From NCBI GenBank assembly GCA_000002435.2, contig CM018792.1: 64,000 bases of DNA. One strand, 5' to 3'. The translations under genes were made by a program, and so were the position numbers. Below, piece after piece: positions 19,299 to 28,371 of the stretch. Position 1 is the stretch's first letter; each line of letters opens with the position of its first letter. Origin of the DNA: Giardia intestinalis (lineage: Eukaryota). The notes beneath the pieces were generated by a model. It ran no database searches and was not told the DNA's origin. It saw only the letters and a program-made list of their open reading frames with translations.

Positions 19299-21080
19299 AT
19301 GGACGTGTACATACCCCCAACTCTCATTCTAAAGCGCACAATGTCTACAAGGAATGAAGATTTTGTTTGTCTTGTCCGTTCTCAGCTGAGCAGCAAGCTG
19401 TTTGTGATCCGTGGGATCTATTTGCACTCCATGAATTCTGCCCAGTTGAATGCATTGGCACAGCTACGGAAACTTGTGGACCAGCTGGAGCATCCTGTGC
19501 TTCTTAGGCACTTCAAAATTGATCAAGGGATTGCCAATAAGTGTTTTGTTCACAGCGAGTACTGTGAGCTAGGATCTCTAGAATTGGAGCTTGTGCAGCG
19601 CCGCGAAGATGGGGAATATATCAATGAGCTTCTCATTTGGGAGTACATTGCCCAATTGGTTGATATAACACTTTTTATTGTCAGTCAAGTTGGCGTGGAA
19701 AATATGGATGGGCAGTTCTTTCTCTACCGGTTTTTCAAGCCATCCAACATCTTTCTGTGCGAGAATGGTTGTATTAAAACGGGCGATTATGGTTTCTTCA
19801 GCCCACCCACACGGCACACAGAGGTATTTCGCGTCGGGAAATGGATCAATTACGTAGCACCAGAGGTATTTCGAGGACAATCTCCAACTCTCCGATCAGC
19901 AATATTTTCGTTTGGTTGTGTAGTGTATGCATTGTGCACATGCACTGATCCGCACTTATTTGACGTTGGGGAGACAGAAATAGTGCCCCCAAGAGTGAGC
20001 CCGTCATTGGTGATACCAATCCAGTACTCTCTGGCGTTGCGGACATTAATGCATGATATGCTCAAAGTCAGCCCCAAAGATAGAATAACCTTTAGTAAGA
20101 TTGCACGCCACAAGTTGGTAGAGGAAGCACGGTATAGGGTGAGGGCTAAGCAACTTGGCCAGCAACAGTACAATCTGCCAGCAATAGCTGAGCCAATAAG
20201 ACCCGAATCAGCGGTGCATAATGAAACGTCTACTACTGAGTTAAACATCGTGAGCACCGAATCCCAACAACAACAGGCAGAAAGTCTTCCTACACTAAAG
20301 CACCGGATTATCAATCCTGTCATCACAGAGAAGGGCGTCATAAATTCACACGGACACCAGCTGTACTTTCTACGGACGGCAGGAATGCCCAAGAAGTACA
20401 TCCAGAAGTACAAGTCAACTACAAATGTGCTCCATTACGCTGCATCAACGCGCAATTTTGACCTTCTTGAACGGAGGCTCGATTTCGCCGGAGGGTTTGA
20501 CGATGACGGTCGGACTGCGTTGATGATATGTGTAGAAGTGGGGTTTATGAAGGGCCTCAAGGTACTACTTGAGTATGAGGCTAGAAAGCGGTGTAAAAAC
20601 ATCTACAAATACGAGCGTGTGATCTCCACACATCCCAACGCCCTTACCATTGCGGCAATACGAGGGTCTCTGGAGTTTGTTAAGGAACTTTATGACGTAG
20701 AGGGGGCAGACAAGAATCCAGACGGTTTGACGCCCCTTATGTGTGCCGCCATCAACGGAAAGCTGGATGTGGTAAAGTTCTTAGTGGTAAAACAGAGCCG
20801 ACTGCGATCTCCAGGAAACAAGACGGCGCTTATGCATGCTGCTGAGCACGGCCACACACGCTGCGTGGAGACTCTTTGTGCCTGGGAGATAGGGCTGCAA
20901 GATGACAATGGCATGACTGCACTGATGCTTGCAGCTATCAACGGACATTTGGGATGTGTTCGACAACTCTGCAACATGGAAGGCAACATGCGGAATAAGA
21001 ATAACTTGCTAGCTGTTGATCTGGTCAATGCAACACGCTACCAAAATATATATAAGGTGCTTTATGACGTCGAAGGTTGA
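19299..21080 (+). CDS. NEK-like pseudokinase domain fused to ankyrin repeats (Protein 21.1 family).
   Basis: A kinase-fold N-terminus carries YRFFKPSNIF in place of HRDLKPxN, so the catalytic Asp is missing. It has GDYGFF in the DFG position and a VAPEVF motif. Five or more ankyrin repeats follow (TALMHAAEHGHTRCVETL, MTALMLAAINGHLGCVRQL). Confidence 0.75.
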   Translation: MDVYIPPTLILKRTMSTRNEDFVCLVRSQLSSKLFVIRGIYLHSMNSAQLNALAQLRKLVDQLEHPVLLRHFKIDQGIANKCFVHSEYCELGSLELELVQRREDGEYINELLIWEYIAQLVDITLFIVSQVGVENMDGQFFLYRFFKPSNIFLCENGCIKTGDYGFFSPPTRHTEVFRVGKWINYVAPEVFRGQSPTLRSAIFSFGCVVYALCTCTDPHLFDVGETEIVPPRVSPSLVIPIQYSLALRTLMHDMLKVSPKDRITFSKIARHKLVEEARYRVRAKQLGQQQYNLPAIAEPIRPESAVHNETSTTELNIVSTESQQQQAESLPTLKHRIINPVITEKGVINSHGHQLYFLRTAGMPKKYIQKYKSTTNVLHYAASTRNFDLLERRLDFAGGFDDDGRTALMICVEVGFMKGLKVLLEYEARKRCKNIYKYERVISTHPNALTIAAIRGSLEFVKELYDVEGADKNPDGLTPLMCAAINGKLDVVKFLVVKQSRLRSPGNKTALMHAAEHGHTRCVETLCAWEIGLQDDNGMTALMLAAINGHLGCVRQLCNMEGNMRNKNNLLAVDLVNATRYQNIYKVLYDVEG

Positions 21081-21117
21081 TAAGTTTAGTGGAGATATGG
21101 AACACAAAAAATAAGTA

Positions 21118-22197
21118 ATGGATTGCGAAAGCAGATCTGCCGTACTCACTTCACCTACGGTATATGCTGATATTGGCGGCAGTTTGGTGAAGGTTGCACT
21201 GGTTACTCTGGTGCCCCAAGCGGAAGTCCCTCAGAAGACTCCAGTTCCGCCTCACAAAGTCTGCTCCAACGGAAGCTTTGACCGGTGCTTTTGCCCTCAC
21301 CTCACTATAGACTCTCCGCTTCTCGGCGGATCCATATTCTTCTATGTGTTTCCGACAACCCACAACCTGGAACTCTTTTTGAGCTTTCTGTCGGATGTGT
21401 GCTCTAGAAAGTCGTTGAAAGGAAGCTGCCTTCACTTTACTGGAGGCGGGGCTCTGAAGTATGTCGACCTCATCAAGACAGCGACGCTTGCTGACCGAGT
21501 GCAGTATCATGATGAACTACAGACAATTGTGGGTGGTCTAAAGCTTTTGTCGAAGCTTGGCTTAGAGGGCGAACTGCAGGAACTCACACCACATGGTTTA
21601 GAGTCGTTTAACGGTGTTCTCGATCATTTTCTTCTGGTGCAGATAGGGTCTGGGATATCCATTGTGGAGGTTACAGGAAATAAAACGACCAGGATTGATG
21701 GAAGCGCACTAGGTGGTGCCACATTCATGGGACTTAGTTCCTGCATATGTGGAGTCAATCAAGAGTTCAAGGACTTACTTGGAGCAGCACGAAAGGGGGC
21801 TGCTAACTCTGCAGACCTTTTGGTTGGAGACATTTGTAACTCCGAAACGTATTTAAATATGCTTGATCCAGACGTTCTAGCTGCATGTGGAGGGAAAATG
21901 CGAGACGGTGACATCGATACTAATTCTAAACTAGCATCTGTTCTACGAATGCTTGTGATAAACGCTATACACATATCTGTCTTGAATGCCCGCCTGACCA
22001 ATTCAACAATCATACTATTGTCTGGAGGTTTTATGGACTCCATAGAAGCAACCACAGAGTACTATGCAGAGGCTCTGTCTTGGTATGGCCAAGAGCGTTT
22101 AAAAGGACTCGTTGTAAGACATCACGGTTTCTTGGGTGTTCTAGGCATAATAACGGCTCTCAAAGGATGGTCTAGTGCAAATCTTCAGTTCAAGTAA
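21118..22197 (+). CDS. Type II (eukaryotic) pantothenate kinase.
   Basis: DIGGSLVKV matches the PanK DIGGTLVKL phosphate-1 motif. HFTGGGALKY matches the GGGAYKF motif. The size (359 aa) is also appropriate. Confidence 0.65.
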   Translation: MDCESRSAVLTSPTVYADIGGSLVKVALVTLVPQAEVPQKTPVPPHKVCSNGSFDRCFCPHLTIDSPLLGGSIFFYVFPTTHNLELFLSFLSDVCSRKSLKGSCLHFTGGGALKYVDLIKTATLADRVQYHDELQTIVGGLKLLSKLGLEGELQELTPHGLESFNGVLDHFLLVQIGSGISIVEVTGNKTTRIDGSALGGATFMGLSSCICGVNQEFKDLLGAARKGAANSADLLVGDICNSETYLNMLDPDVLAACGGKMRDGDIDTNSKLASVLRMLVINAIHISVLNARLTNSTIILLSGGFMDSIEATTEYYAEALSWYGQERLKGLVVRHHGFLGVLGIITALKGWSSANLQFK

Positions 22198-22200
22198 AAA

Positions 22201-25200
22201 ATGGCGCAAGAGCTCATCTCGGATGGCTACCGAGACGCGGTTTTCGTCGACCGGGGCTCCGCGGGGGCGCTGTTCCGCGCAGTGCGGGTACAGGACGGGG
22301 TCGTCGTCGCGGTGCGGGCCCTCGACCCGGAGCGGATCGGGGTTGCGCGCTGCGAGGAGCTCGCCCGAGAGCACACCGCGGCCGCAGCCCTCCCCCACCC
22401 CAGGCTCCTCGCCTGCGGGCCTGCGGTCTCGGAGCCTGACGCGGTCCTCCTTGAGACCGAGTGGTGCCCCGACGGGTCGCTCGCAGGGCTCCTCCGGCGG
22501 CAGCGGCGGGCAGGCCCCTTCTCTGAGGACCGCATCTGGGAGCTCGCGGCCCAGCTCGCAGAGGCGTTGGCGTTCCTCCACAGCCCGCTCAAGGCCCGGG
22601 GCGTCCTCGCCCACGGCCGCGTCTCACCCTCCGCCGTCCTCCTCGCCGGCCCGCGCGCGAAGCTCGGGGACTGTCTCCGTGCCCCGTCTCCACCGGGCCC
22701 GTACGCGGCACCAGAGGTCGCTCGGGGCGGCCCCCCGACACCTGCAGCAGACGTCTGGGCCCTGGGGTGCGTCCTCGTCGAGCTCTGCACCCTTCGCGCG
22801 CCCTGCTGGGACCCCGCTGCGCTCGCCGCAGACCCTGTGCCCGCTCTCGAGCGCTGCCCTGACACCCTCCGCGCCGCTGCCGCCGCGTGCCTCTGCGTCG
22901 ACCCCGCCCGCCGGATCTCCGCCGCGACCTTCGTGACCTTCCCGCCCGCCCTCTGGGCCCTCCACCGCGTCGAGCAGGCCGCACCCTCTGCGGTCCCTCG
23001 CGTTCAGTTATCATCCGCATTACTGAGATCCTCTGGAATTGCTCAAGGGTTTATGTCTCACCTCGGACAACAAGAAAACGTATTTTCTGCAGTTGCACAA
23101 AATGACCCCGAGATGCTCAAGTCGGCAATCCAGTCGCTCGGTGACACAGCTCCGCTAGCACAGCTACTAATGGAAGCGTGTGATAAAAAGGCGTACAAGG
23201 TAATGCCCCATCTTTGCAGACTGGTCGCTGCAACAAAGACTCCTATTACGTTGTCGTGGTGGAAGGGAAATCAGGTCACGAGAAAAACACTGCTTATGCT
23301 TGCTGTTGAGACACAGGCCATTGAAATGATTGAAAGAAACATGGATAGTCTATGTGCAATGTATGAGGATTGTACTGCGCTTATGATTGCGGCCAAAGAG
23401 GGAAAGTATCGGTGTTTGATGCATCTCCTTTGTGAGCTGGGTATTTCATCGTCTACGGGAAAGAGTGCCTTGATGTATGCAGCTGAGTATGGATTCTCTG
23501 ATTGTGTATCTCTCCTTCTGCCGGAAGTCGGAAAGGAAGATGACCATGGTTTAACGGCACATGCTTATGCGACTAAGAACGGACACGCAGGATGCATAGC
23601 TATTCTGTCTCAATACGAGTCAGAAACTGCGCACTCTAAAACTGACCTATGCAAACTTTCAGCGATTAGGCAGAGTGAAGATGGTAGCGAGCCAAGTGCT
23701 CCTGAACTTCCTGTGTTGGATGCCTCTAGATCATCTAGGTGTACCCAGTCAAAAAGCAGAATTCATAAGCCGGAACCCATGTTAGTGGAACCAGGCCCTG
23801 TCAATCAGCTCTTACTTAGCAAAACCACTGCCTCTACTGGACGTTTCATAGCTTCGACCTCTTTGAGCCCGGATGACCCCATCACAACGATACTATCTCC
23901 GATGAAGTCTCCAGACTCTAAGCAGCCACGACTAGTTAAAAGTGATACAATCAACGAACTACATGCGCTTGCTCGCGAGTCTCAAGATGAAGTTGTAAAG
24001 CCACTTTTGGCAACTCGCTCTGTAAGCCAGGCTAATCGTCAACCTCACCCGAAGACATCTTCTGATTACAAGAAGACATCTAAGCCCGGCAGTAGATCGC
24101 ACAGCAAAGAGCGAGACACTCTTGAAAATGCGATTCTACGCAACAATCCATCTGCTGTCGTCCTTCACCTTCATGATTTCGCCGCAAACCCACAGCCATA
24201 TGTGGACTTGGTATTCACAGAGAAAAAGTTCAAAGTCTTGCCAACTCTCTGCCGCTATCTTGCAAAAAAACACCTCAAGGCAAAAATACGCACCAGGGTT
24301 GCAACGCCCGTCGAAGAGTTAACATCTCTAATGCGAGCGGTGATAAATTGCGACCACCAGGGCGTGAAGGAGCATATAAGGGAGGCTGGTAATGAGTACG
24401 TGGGATGGCTAAGCTATACAGACACAACGGGCAAGGGATACATTCTGAGTAATTGCACAGCACTCATGATTGCAGCGGCAAGAGGAGACGCCGAGTGTAC
24501 AAAGCACCTCTTATGCGAAATGGGTGTATATTTAAACAGTAAGTGCACTTCTCTGACATATGCCATTCTCGGTGGGCACCATGAATGTGTCAGACTCCTG
24601 CTTCTGGAGTCTGACATCAGTGGCTGCACAATGCTTATGCGGTGCTGCTTCTTTAATAACCATAAGGAAATCCCTAATTATCTCACTGAAGCCAAGGCAG
24701 CTATAGGCCCCGGCCGCACAGCTCTTATGATTGCAGCGCAACTTGGAAACAAAGAAAGTGTAGAAGCTCTGGTTGACTACGAGGGCGGTCTGCAGGACAA
24801 AGATGGCATTACGGCTCTGTATCTGGCATCCAGTAACAATCAGCTGGATTGCATCAAGCTTCTTCTGGAAAAAGAAAAGCGGATCAAGACTAATGTCGGC
24901 TGGACAGCACTAATGGCAGCTGCGCAGAAGGGCCATGCAGATAGTGTGCAGCTCTTGTTGGAGGCAGAGAGTGGATACCAGAAAAGTGATGGCTGGACTG
25001 CCTTGATGCTGGCAGCGCAGGCTGGGCATGCGGATTGTGCATCCTTGCTAGCTTCCAAAGAGGCATGCATGACAAAGCCGGATGGGTGGACTGCCCTAAT
25101 GATCGCTGCTCAAGAAGGTCACCATCGGGTTGTCAAAGTCCTGATGAAGAGCGAAGCAGGACGGCAACAGAAGACAGGAATATCAGCCCTTATGTTGGCT

Positions 25201-25398
25201 GCACAGAGCGGGCACGATAGATGCGTCTTGCTCCTACGAGAGCTTGAGGCTCAGCTCGTGGACAAACGCGGATTGACTGCCCTAGATTATGCTTCCCAAC
25301 TAAAGGAAGATAACATCGATCGTGAACAGCAGGAAAAGCACGCTCTTTGTGTTTCATATTTACAAGCCGGCGGTTCTGGTAAGGACAAGACTAATTAG
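22201..25398 (+). CDS. Degenerate kinase-like domain (GC-rich, Ala/Pro/Arg-rich) fused to about 15 ankyrin repeats (Protein 21.1 family).
   Basis: The N-terminal ~270 aa keep kinase subdomain spacing (LHSPLKARGVLAHGRVSPSAVLL...LGDCL...APEVARG...DVWALGCVLVEL) but lack HRD and DFG. Many ankyrin units follow (TALMIAAQEGHHRVVKVLM, TALMLAAQAGHADCASLL). Confidence 0.7.
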   Translation: MAQELISDGYRDAVFVDRGSAGALFRAVRVQDGVVVAVRALDPERIGVARCEELAREHTAAAALPHPRLLACGPAVSEPDAVLLETEWCPDGSLAGLLRRQRRAGPFSEDRIWELAAQLAEALAFLHSPLKARGVLAHGRVSPSAVLLAGPRAKLGDCLRAPSPPGPYAAPEVARGGPPTPAADVWALGCVLVELCTLRAPCWDPAALAADPVPALERCPDTLRAAAAACLCVDPARRISAATFVTFPPALWALHRVEQAAPSAVPRVQLSSALLRSSGIAQGFMSHLGQQENVFSAVAQNDPEMLKSAIQSLGDTAPLAQLLMEACDKKAYKVMPHLCRLVAATKTPITLSWWKGNQVTRKTLLMLAVETQAIEMIERNMDSLCAMYEDCTALMIAAKEGKYRCLMHLLCELGISSSTGKSALMYAAEYGFSDCVSLLLPEVGKEDDHGLTAHAYATKNGHAGCIAILSQYESETAHSKTDLCKLSAIRQSEDGSEPSAPELPVLDASRSSRCTQSKSRIHKPEPMLVEPGPVNQLLLSKTTASTGRFIASTSLSPDDPITTILSPMKSPDSKQPRLVKSDTINELHALARESQDEVVKPLLATRSVSQANRQPHPKTSSDYKKTSKPGSRSHSKERDTLENAILRNNPSAVVLHLHDFAANPQPYVDLVFTEKKFKVLPTLCRYLAKKHLKAKIRTRVATPVEELTSLMRAVINCDHQGVKEHIREAGNEYVGWLSYTDTTGKGYILSNCTALMIAAARGDAECTKHLLCEMGVYLNSKCTSLTYAILGGHHECVRLLLLESDISGCTMLMRCCFFNNHKEIPNYLTEAKAAIGPGRTALMIAAQLGNKESVEALVDYEGGLQDKDGITALYLASSNNQLDCIKLLLEKEKRIKTNVGWTALMAAAQKGHADSVQLLLEAESGYQKSDGWTALMLAAQAGHADCASLLASKEACMTKPDGWTALMIAAQEGHHRVVKVLMKSEAGRQQKTGISALMLAAQSGHDRCVLLLRELEAQLVDKRGLTALDYASQLKEDNIDREQQEKHALCVSYLQAGGSGKDKTN

Positions 25399-25927
25399 AC
25401 ACACAGAAGAGCTCATTGCAAAGAGCTATGCTGACATTTGTAATCTCAGTAAATGGCAGTGGCGTAGCAAATAGCGCGTCTTCGTCTATCCGAGGGTCTA
25501 AGTACTTGCGCAGTTCTTGTTTGAAAAGCCTATTCCGCTCCTGTTCAGAAGCAACGGCTGCTCTTTCAGCTGTTCGAAGTCTGGCATATTCCCCGTTAGA
25601 TGCCAAGCCTTGAATAGATGCCAACTCTTCGCTAGCTAACGCTGCCTCCTGAAAGATTCGACGATCTCTTCCAGCCTCTGCCGAAGCGAGGAGAGCTCGA
25701 TGAATCTGATTAATCTGCTGTTGCTGCTGATATCTGTGACTGTCTGCAGGGATCCGGAAATGGCTATACTGCTGTATGGACGCCTCCACGGCGTTATTCT
25801 TCTCAGGCTTGATAACATACGGTAGCTTTATTGCTTCGGAGAGTGTCACACCGATGTTTGCCTGCTTCCTCGGCCTGCCTCTGCCGGTTTGTTTGCGCAC
25901 AATGAATGGAGCTGAGAACACCTCCAT
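25391..25927 (-). CDS. Hypothetical protein with an N-terminal AT-hook.
   Basis: RKQTGRGRPRKQ matches the AT-hook GRP core. The C-terminus overlaps the convergent kinase-ankyrin gene by 8 nt. Confidence 0.4.
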   Translation of the reverse strand: MEVFSAPFIVRKQTGRGRPRKQANIGVTLSEAIKLPYVIKPEKNNAVEASIQQYSHFRIPADSHRYQQQQQINQIHRALLASAEAGRDRRIFQEAALASEELASIQGLASNGEYARLRTAERAAVASEQERNRLFKQELRKYLDPRIDEDALFATPLPFTEITNVSIALCNELFCVSN

Positions 25928-26069
25928 ACCTTCTAGAAATGCTAGTTAAAAAATACAAACGACAACACGTCTAACAGTCTCGCGTTCAGAGACCCCTCAG
26001 CCCCTTCCGAGCGGTCTGTCTTGGGGCGAGGAGCGGAAGACACACGATCACGATCTTTCTCAGCGCTTT

Positions 26070-26669
26070 TTGGGCGGTGAGTTTTCTCCGACTCCACGCC
26101 CATCGAGATTGGCAACTAAGAGCCCACGGAAATCCCTGGAAGGATCATCTTCTCCCTGCTGCGCTGATACGCTGTTGCAAAGGGCATTAGATCGTATCTG
26201 CCCTAGTCCAGGTCCAGCTGCTTATGACACTTCGCGAAGCGCCACTGCCCTGAGCACTCGGTATACAAGCACAGCATCCATGTCCAAGGTTGGGCGAAGG
26301 TGGAGGGATGGTACACCAGGTCCTGGTCCAAAATACCTTCCAAATCTGATAAAGAGGTCTTCTCCGCAATACCGTTTCTCTACTACAAGCAGATTTCCTT
26401 GCCCAGAAGATGAGGAGAATCAAGTCAGTTCACTATCATATAGACCGAATCACTTTGCATGTAGCCAGTATGGCTTCGGGACGCTGTCTAATAACCCAAA
26501 ACTGTACGCAATCGACAGATTCAACGGAGTGCACCACACAAGCAATGGTCCGGGACCGGCTGGATACTTCCTAAATACCAAGTTTACGCTTGAGACCTCC
26601 GGAAAGTCCTACATGTCTAATTCGCCTGCCACACGCAACAGTTACATACTCAACAGTCCATTCTTCTAA
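26070..26669 (+). CDS. SHIPPO/STPGR-repeat protein (ODF3-like, flagellar-associated family).
   Basis: Three P-G-P-x-x-Y repeats are present (SPGPAAYD, TPGPGPKY, NGPGPAGY). The track start is a TTG, and the first in-frame ATG lies 70 codons downstream, after the first repeat. Confidence 0.45.
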   Translation: MGGEFSPTPRPSRLATKSPRKSLEGSSSPCCADTLLQRALDRICPSPGPAAYDTSRSATALSTRYTSTASMSKVGRRWRDGTPGPGPKYLPNLIKRSSPQYRFSTTSRFPCPEDEENQVSSLSYRPNHFACSQYGFGTLSNNPKLYAIDRFNGVHHTSNGPGPAGYFLNTKFTLETSGKSYMSNSPATRNSYILNSPFF

Positions 26670-26670
26670 A

Positions 26671-27471
26671 TTAATTAGTGCTCATATCTTCTACCTCGAG
26701 GGCCTCTGCTCTCTTTGACTTCTTGATTCTAAGAACCAGCAGGACCAAGAGAATGACCAACGCGACGATTTCTACTATGACGATTACTGTAAAGACAACT
26801 ATCTGCTGAGAGTAATTGGACACCACTTGACACTTATCGCCAGATACTCCTGGGAAGCAATTACATGAATATGTGTCAGAAAAACTTTCGTCGGGCAAGA
26901 AAGCCCTCTTGTACTCACAGATCCCGTAGTCCTTGCAATAGTGAATTGTATTATCTGGTGCTATGTACACATCGCATGCATTAATCTCACAGTACCTTCC
27001 ATTATATCCTGGAAAGCACTGGCACGTCGCGTTTTCCTGCGTTGCATAGCATATTCCATGACCACTACACGCCGTTGAGTTATAAACGCAGTTGTTGTGC
27101 ACGCACAGTAAACCAGAAACGTTCTGAGTAGCTTTGTTGCACAACTGACAGGTTGCTCCCGACCTGCTGACAACGCAAACGCACTTATGGGAGCCATCAT
27201 CTTGCAGCTCGCAAACTCCTACGGTGGAGTCCACGCAGCCCCCATCCTGCGTTGTGAGCCCACAGGTATCTGTTTGGCAGTCATCACCGCCGTAGCTGAA
27301 GGGGCAGCTACAGATCCCACTGATGCACTTCCGACCCGTTAGAGTCTTGCCATTAGCGGCCATGCTTGTACAATCACTATCACTGGTGCACTGCTTGAGA
27401 TCCGAAAGCTCAGGTTGGCCCCCCTCAAGAGTCCGTCTCAAAGGTTTTACGGGATAATTGACGAAGGTCAT
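26671..27471 (-). CDS. EGF-like cysteine-rich type-I membrane protein (tenascin/HCMP-like).
   Basis: EGF-type spacing appears in CQLC...C..N.C, CSGHGICY, CQCFPGYNGRYCEINAC. A C-terminal TM (IVVFTVIVIVEIVALVILLVLLVL) and a short charged tail follow. Confidence 0.65.
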   Translation of the reverse strand: MTFVNYPVKPLRRTLEGGQPELSDLKQCTSDSDCTSMAANGKTLTGRKCISGICSCPFSYGGDDCQTDTCGLTTQDGGCVDSTVGVCELQDDGSHKCVCVVSRSGATCQLCNKATQNVSGLLCVHNNCVYNSTACSGHGICYATQENATCQCFPGYNGRYCEINACDVYIAPDNTIHYCKDYGICEYKRAFLPDESFSDTYSCNCFPGVSGDKCQVVSNYSQQIVVFTVIVIVEIVALVILLVLLVLRIKKSKRAEALEVEDMSTN

Positions 27472-27488
27472 TTTTTGTTACGTTTACC

Positions 27489-28262
27489 TTACATATGAGC
27501 ATCTACATCTGCCCTGCTCATCATCTCTGCTTTGTATGCCTCAACTTCTGCGTCTGACATTATGGGAAGAGAAACGTCACCAATTCGTATCTGGTATATC
27601 GCTAAGTCTATCACCATCCGGTGCATCCGGAGAAAGGGCATGCCCAGCAGTGTCCCAACAACGTTCTCTACTACCATAAAATTGGTGGCAAAGTATTCGT
27701 CACCATACTTGAGCTGCACAAGATGGATCTTGCCTACTATCTTGCTGGACCCTATTCCCAGAGCTTTTCCCTCCTGCCGTTTGTCTATGTGGTCTTCCAG
27801 CCCGCAGCGGATTGCAGTTTCTAGGCTGATTGTTGAGAACTCCGCACCGGTATCGATTACAGCAATGTCTGGGTGTCCGTTCAACTCTATGTGAATATAC
27901 ACACTGTTGGTATTATTAACAAGAAGCTCAGGATAGTGATCATATACTTGTTTGATGTCTTCGTCAATAAGTCGCTGGACTGCTGGGGGGTTTGCACGTC
28001 CTCTCGCAAGAGCCTTCTGGATGGGGGCCGAGAAGGTGGCAGAAGGGTTCATGTAAATGAGGGTGGAATTAGGTTGGATGCTGCTGCACTTACTGTCATG
28101 GGTCAATGTTTGGCCATTTATCCGAACAATCGCATTGACAGCATGGCCAGGCATGCTGCACATCTTCATAAACCTTTCTATCAGCTGAAGAACCGTCTCA
28201 TCGGGAAGAATGTCTATGGTAGTCGATAGCTTGTGCCCATACACCACTGTCACTGTCGGCAT
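27489..28262 (-). CDS. DDI1: Ddi1-like protein: N-terminal ubiquitin-like domain plus retropepsin-type aspartyl protease.
   Basis: A UBL-like N-terminus (MPTVTVVYGHKLSTTIDILPDETVLQLIERF) is followed by the retroviral-protease active site IAVIDTGAEFSTIS (D-T-G-A) and a GMPFL flap-like segment. Confidence 0.75.
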   Translation of the reverse strand: MPTVTVVYGHKLSTTIDILPDETVLQLIERFMKMCSMPGHAVNAIVRINGQTLTHDSKCSSIQPNSTLIYMNPSATFSAPIQKALARGRANPPAVQRLIDEDIKQVYDHYPELLVNNTNSVYIHIELNGHPDIAVIDTGAEFSTISLETAIRCGLEDHIDKRQEGKALGIGSSKIVGKIHLVQLKYGDEYFATNFMVVENVVGTLLGMPFLRMHRMVIDLAIYQIRIGDVSLPIMSDAEVEAYKAEMMSRADVDAHM

Positions 28263-28371
28263 TTTATTTTGTCAATCTTCAAACTGTTATTAAGTATTTA
28301 CAATTTATAAGTAATTGGATTTAGGTTCGCTATCGAAAGTCAGGATCCTTCTTGGACAAACTTGCAGCAAC

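Noticed and set aside
22175-23020. Multiple 110-250 aa ORFs in other frames and on the opposite strand (22175..22936 +, 22227..22865 -, 22589..23020 -, 22624..22965 -), with Arg/Pro/Ala/Gly-rich translations
   Set aside because: They arise from the very high GC content, where stop codons are rare. Only the 22201 frame shows conserved kinase-fold spacing and continues into the ankyrin repeats.
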